Assembly (NCBI GenBank): GCA_030704615.1
Contig: CM060732.1
Location: 17,732,001 to 17,796,000 of the forward strand
Length of the DNA: 64,000 nucleotides
Source: Takakia lepidozioides
Lineage: Eukaryota; Plantae; Bryophyta
Reading direction: 5' to 3'
Within the stretch, counting starts at the first letter, position 1. Each line of letters starts with the position of its first letter. A program made the position numbers and the translations under genes. The notes under the pieces were generated by a model. The model was not told the DNA's origin. It saw only the letters and a program-made list of their open reading frames with translations, and did no database searches. Positions 63,656-64,000 of the stretch are shown here, piece after piece.

Positions 63656-64000
63656 GCTCCGGTTTTGTTGGCATGTGGTGCATGTCTTGACATACTCCTC
63701 GGCCTCCTCCCTCAGTTTGGGCCAGAAATACTCTTTCTTCAGGAGTGCCGCGGTGCGCTTGGGTCCGCTGTGGCCCGCAAGCAGGCCATCATGGCATTCT
63801 CTCAAGAGACTATCTCTGATCCCTCCCTTCGACACATAGAGGCGCTTTTGCTTGTACCGGAGCAGTCCATTTTGCAAGTGGAACTGCGATTTAACCCCCA
63901 TCCTCAAGTCCCGCATCACGGCCTTTGCAATCTCATCCTTCCGGTAAGCCTTCCAGATTTTTCTTTGGAGCGCCGTCTCGCCCCTGTACACCAACATGAG
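63656..64000 (-). mobile_element. Ty3/gypsy integrase HHCC zinc-binding fragment (chromovirus-type)
   Basis: ECHDGLLAGHSG..RT..YFWPKL..YVKTCTTCQQNR. Confidence 0.9.

Overview
This is eukaryotic plant DNA, most likely from an early-diverging land plant (inferred from gene and TE families). It is about 85% transposon-derived, with one 500-N assembly gap (50716-51215). The only intact host gene I can support is a 7-coding-exon, five-KH-domain RNA-binding protein gene (minus strand, 20620-16916, 682 aa). The rest is nested TEs: a Mutator/MULE-type DDE transposase (two inverted, deleted copies); a chromovirus Ty3/gypsy family (one two-LTR non-autonomous copy with TSD, one solo LTR with TSD, fragments); a large non-chromovirus Ty3/gypsy family with extra 5' and 3' ORFs (three partial copies); a CACTA/En-Spm element; a pogo-like remnant; and a copia-like LTR. 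The main finding is a spliced, now-decayed gene whose manual reconstruction gives an N-terminal ParB/sulfiredoxin-like domain (VWDGNHR) fused to a prokaryote-type beta-class N4C/N6A DNA amino-methyltransferase (ELIILDIPDG ... VLDLSMGTGA ... FGIEGD). It occurs twice: 58792-62567 (+) and 4650-6548 (-). In both places it lies next to a hairpin satellite that appears to fill intron 1. The left copy points away from the MULE transposase across about 25 copies of a 30-bp palindrome spaced at 53, 64 and 96 bp. My inference is a large DNA transposon carrying its own ParB-methyltransferase plus arrays of candidate binding or target sites. All domain calls come from motif recognition by eye and need HMM or structure confirmation.
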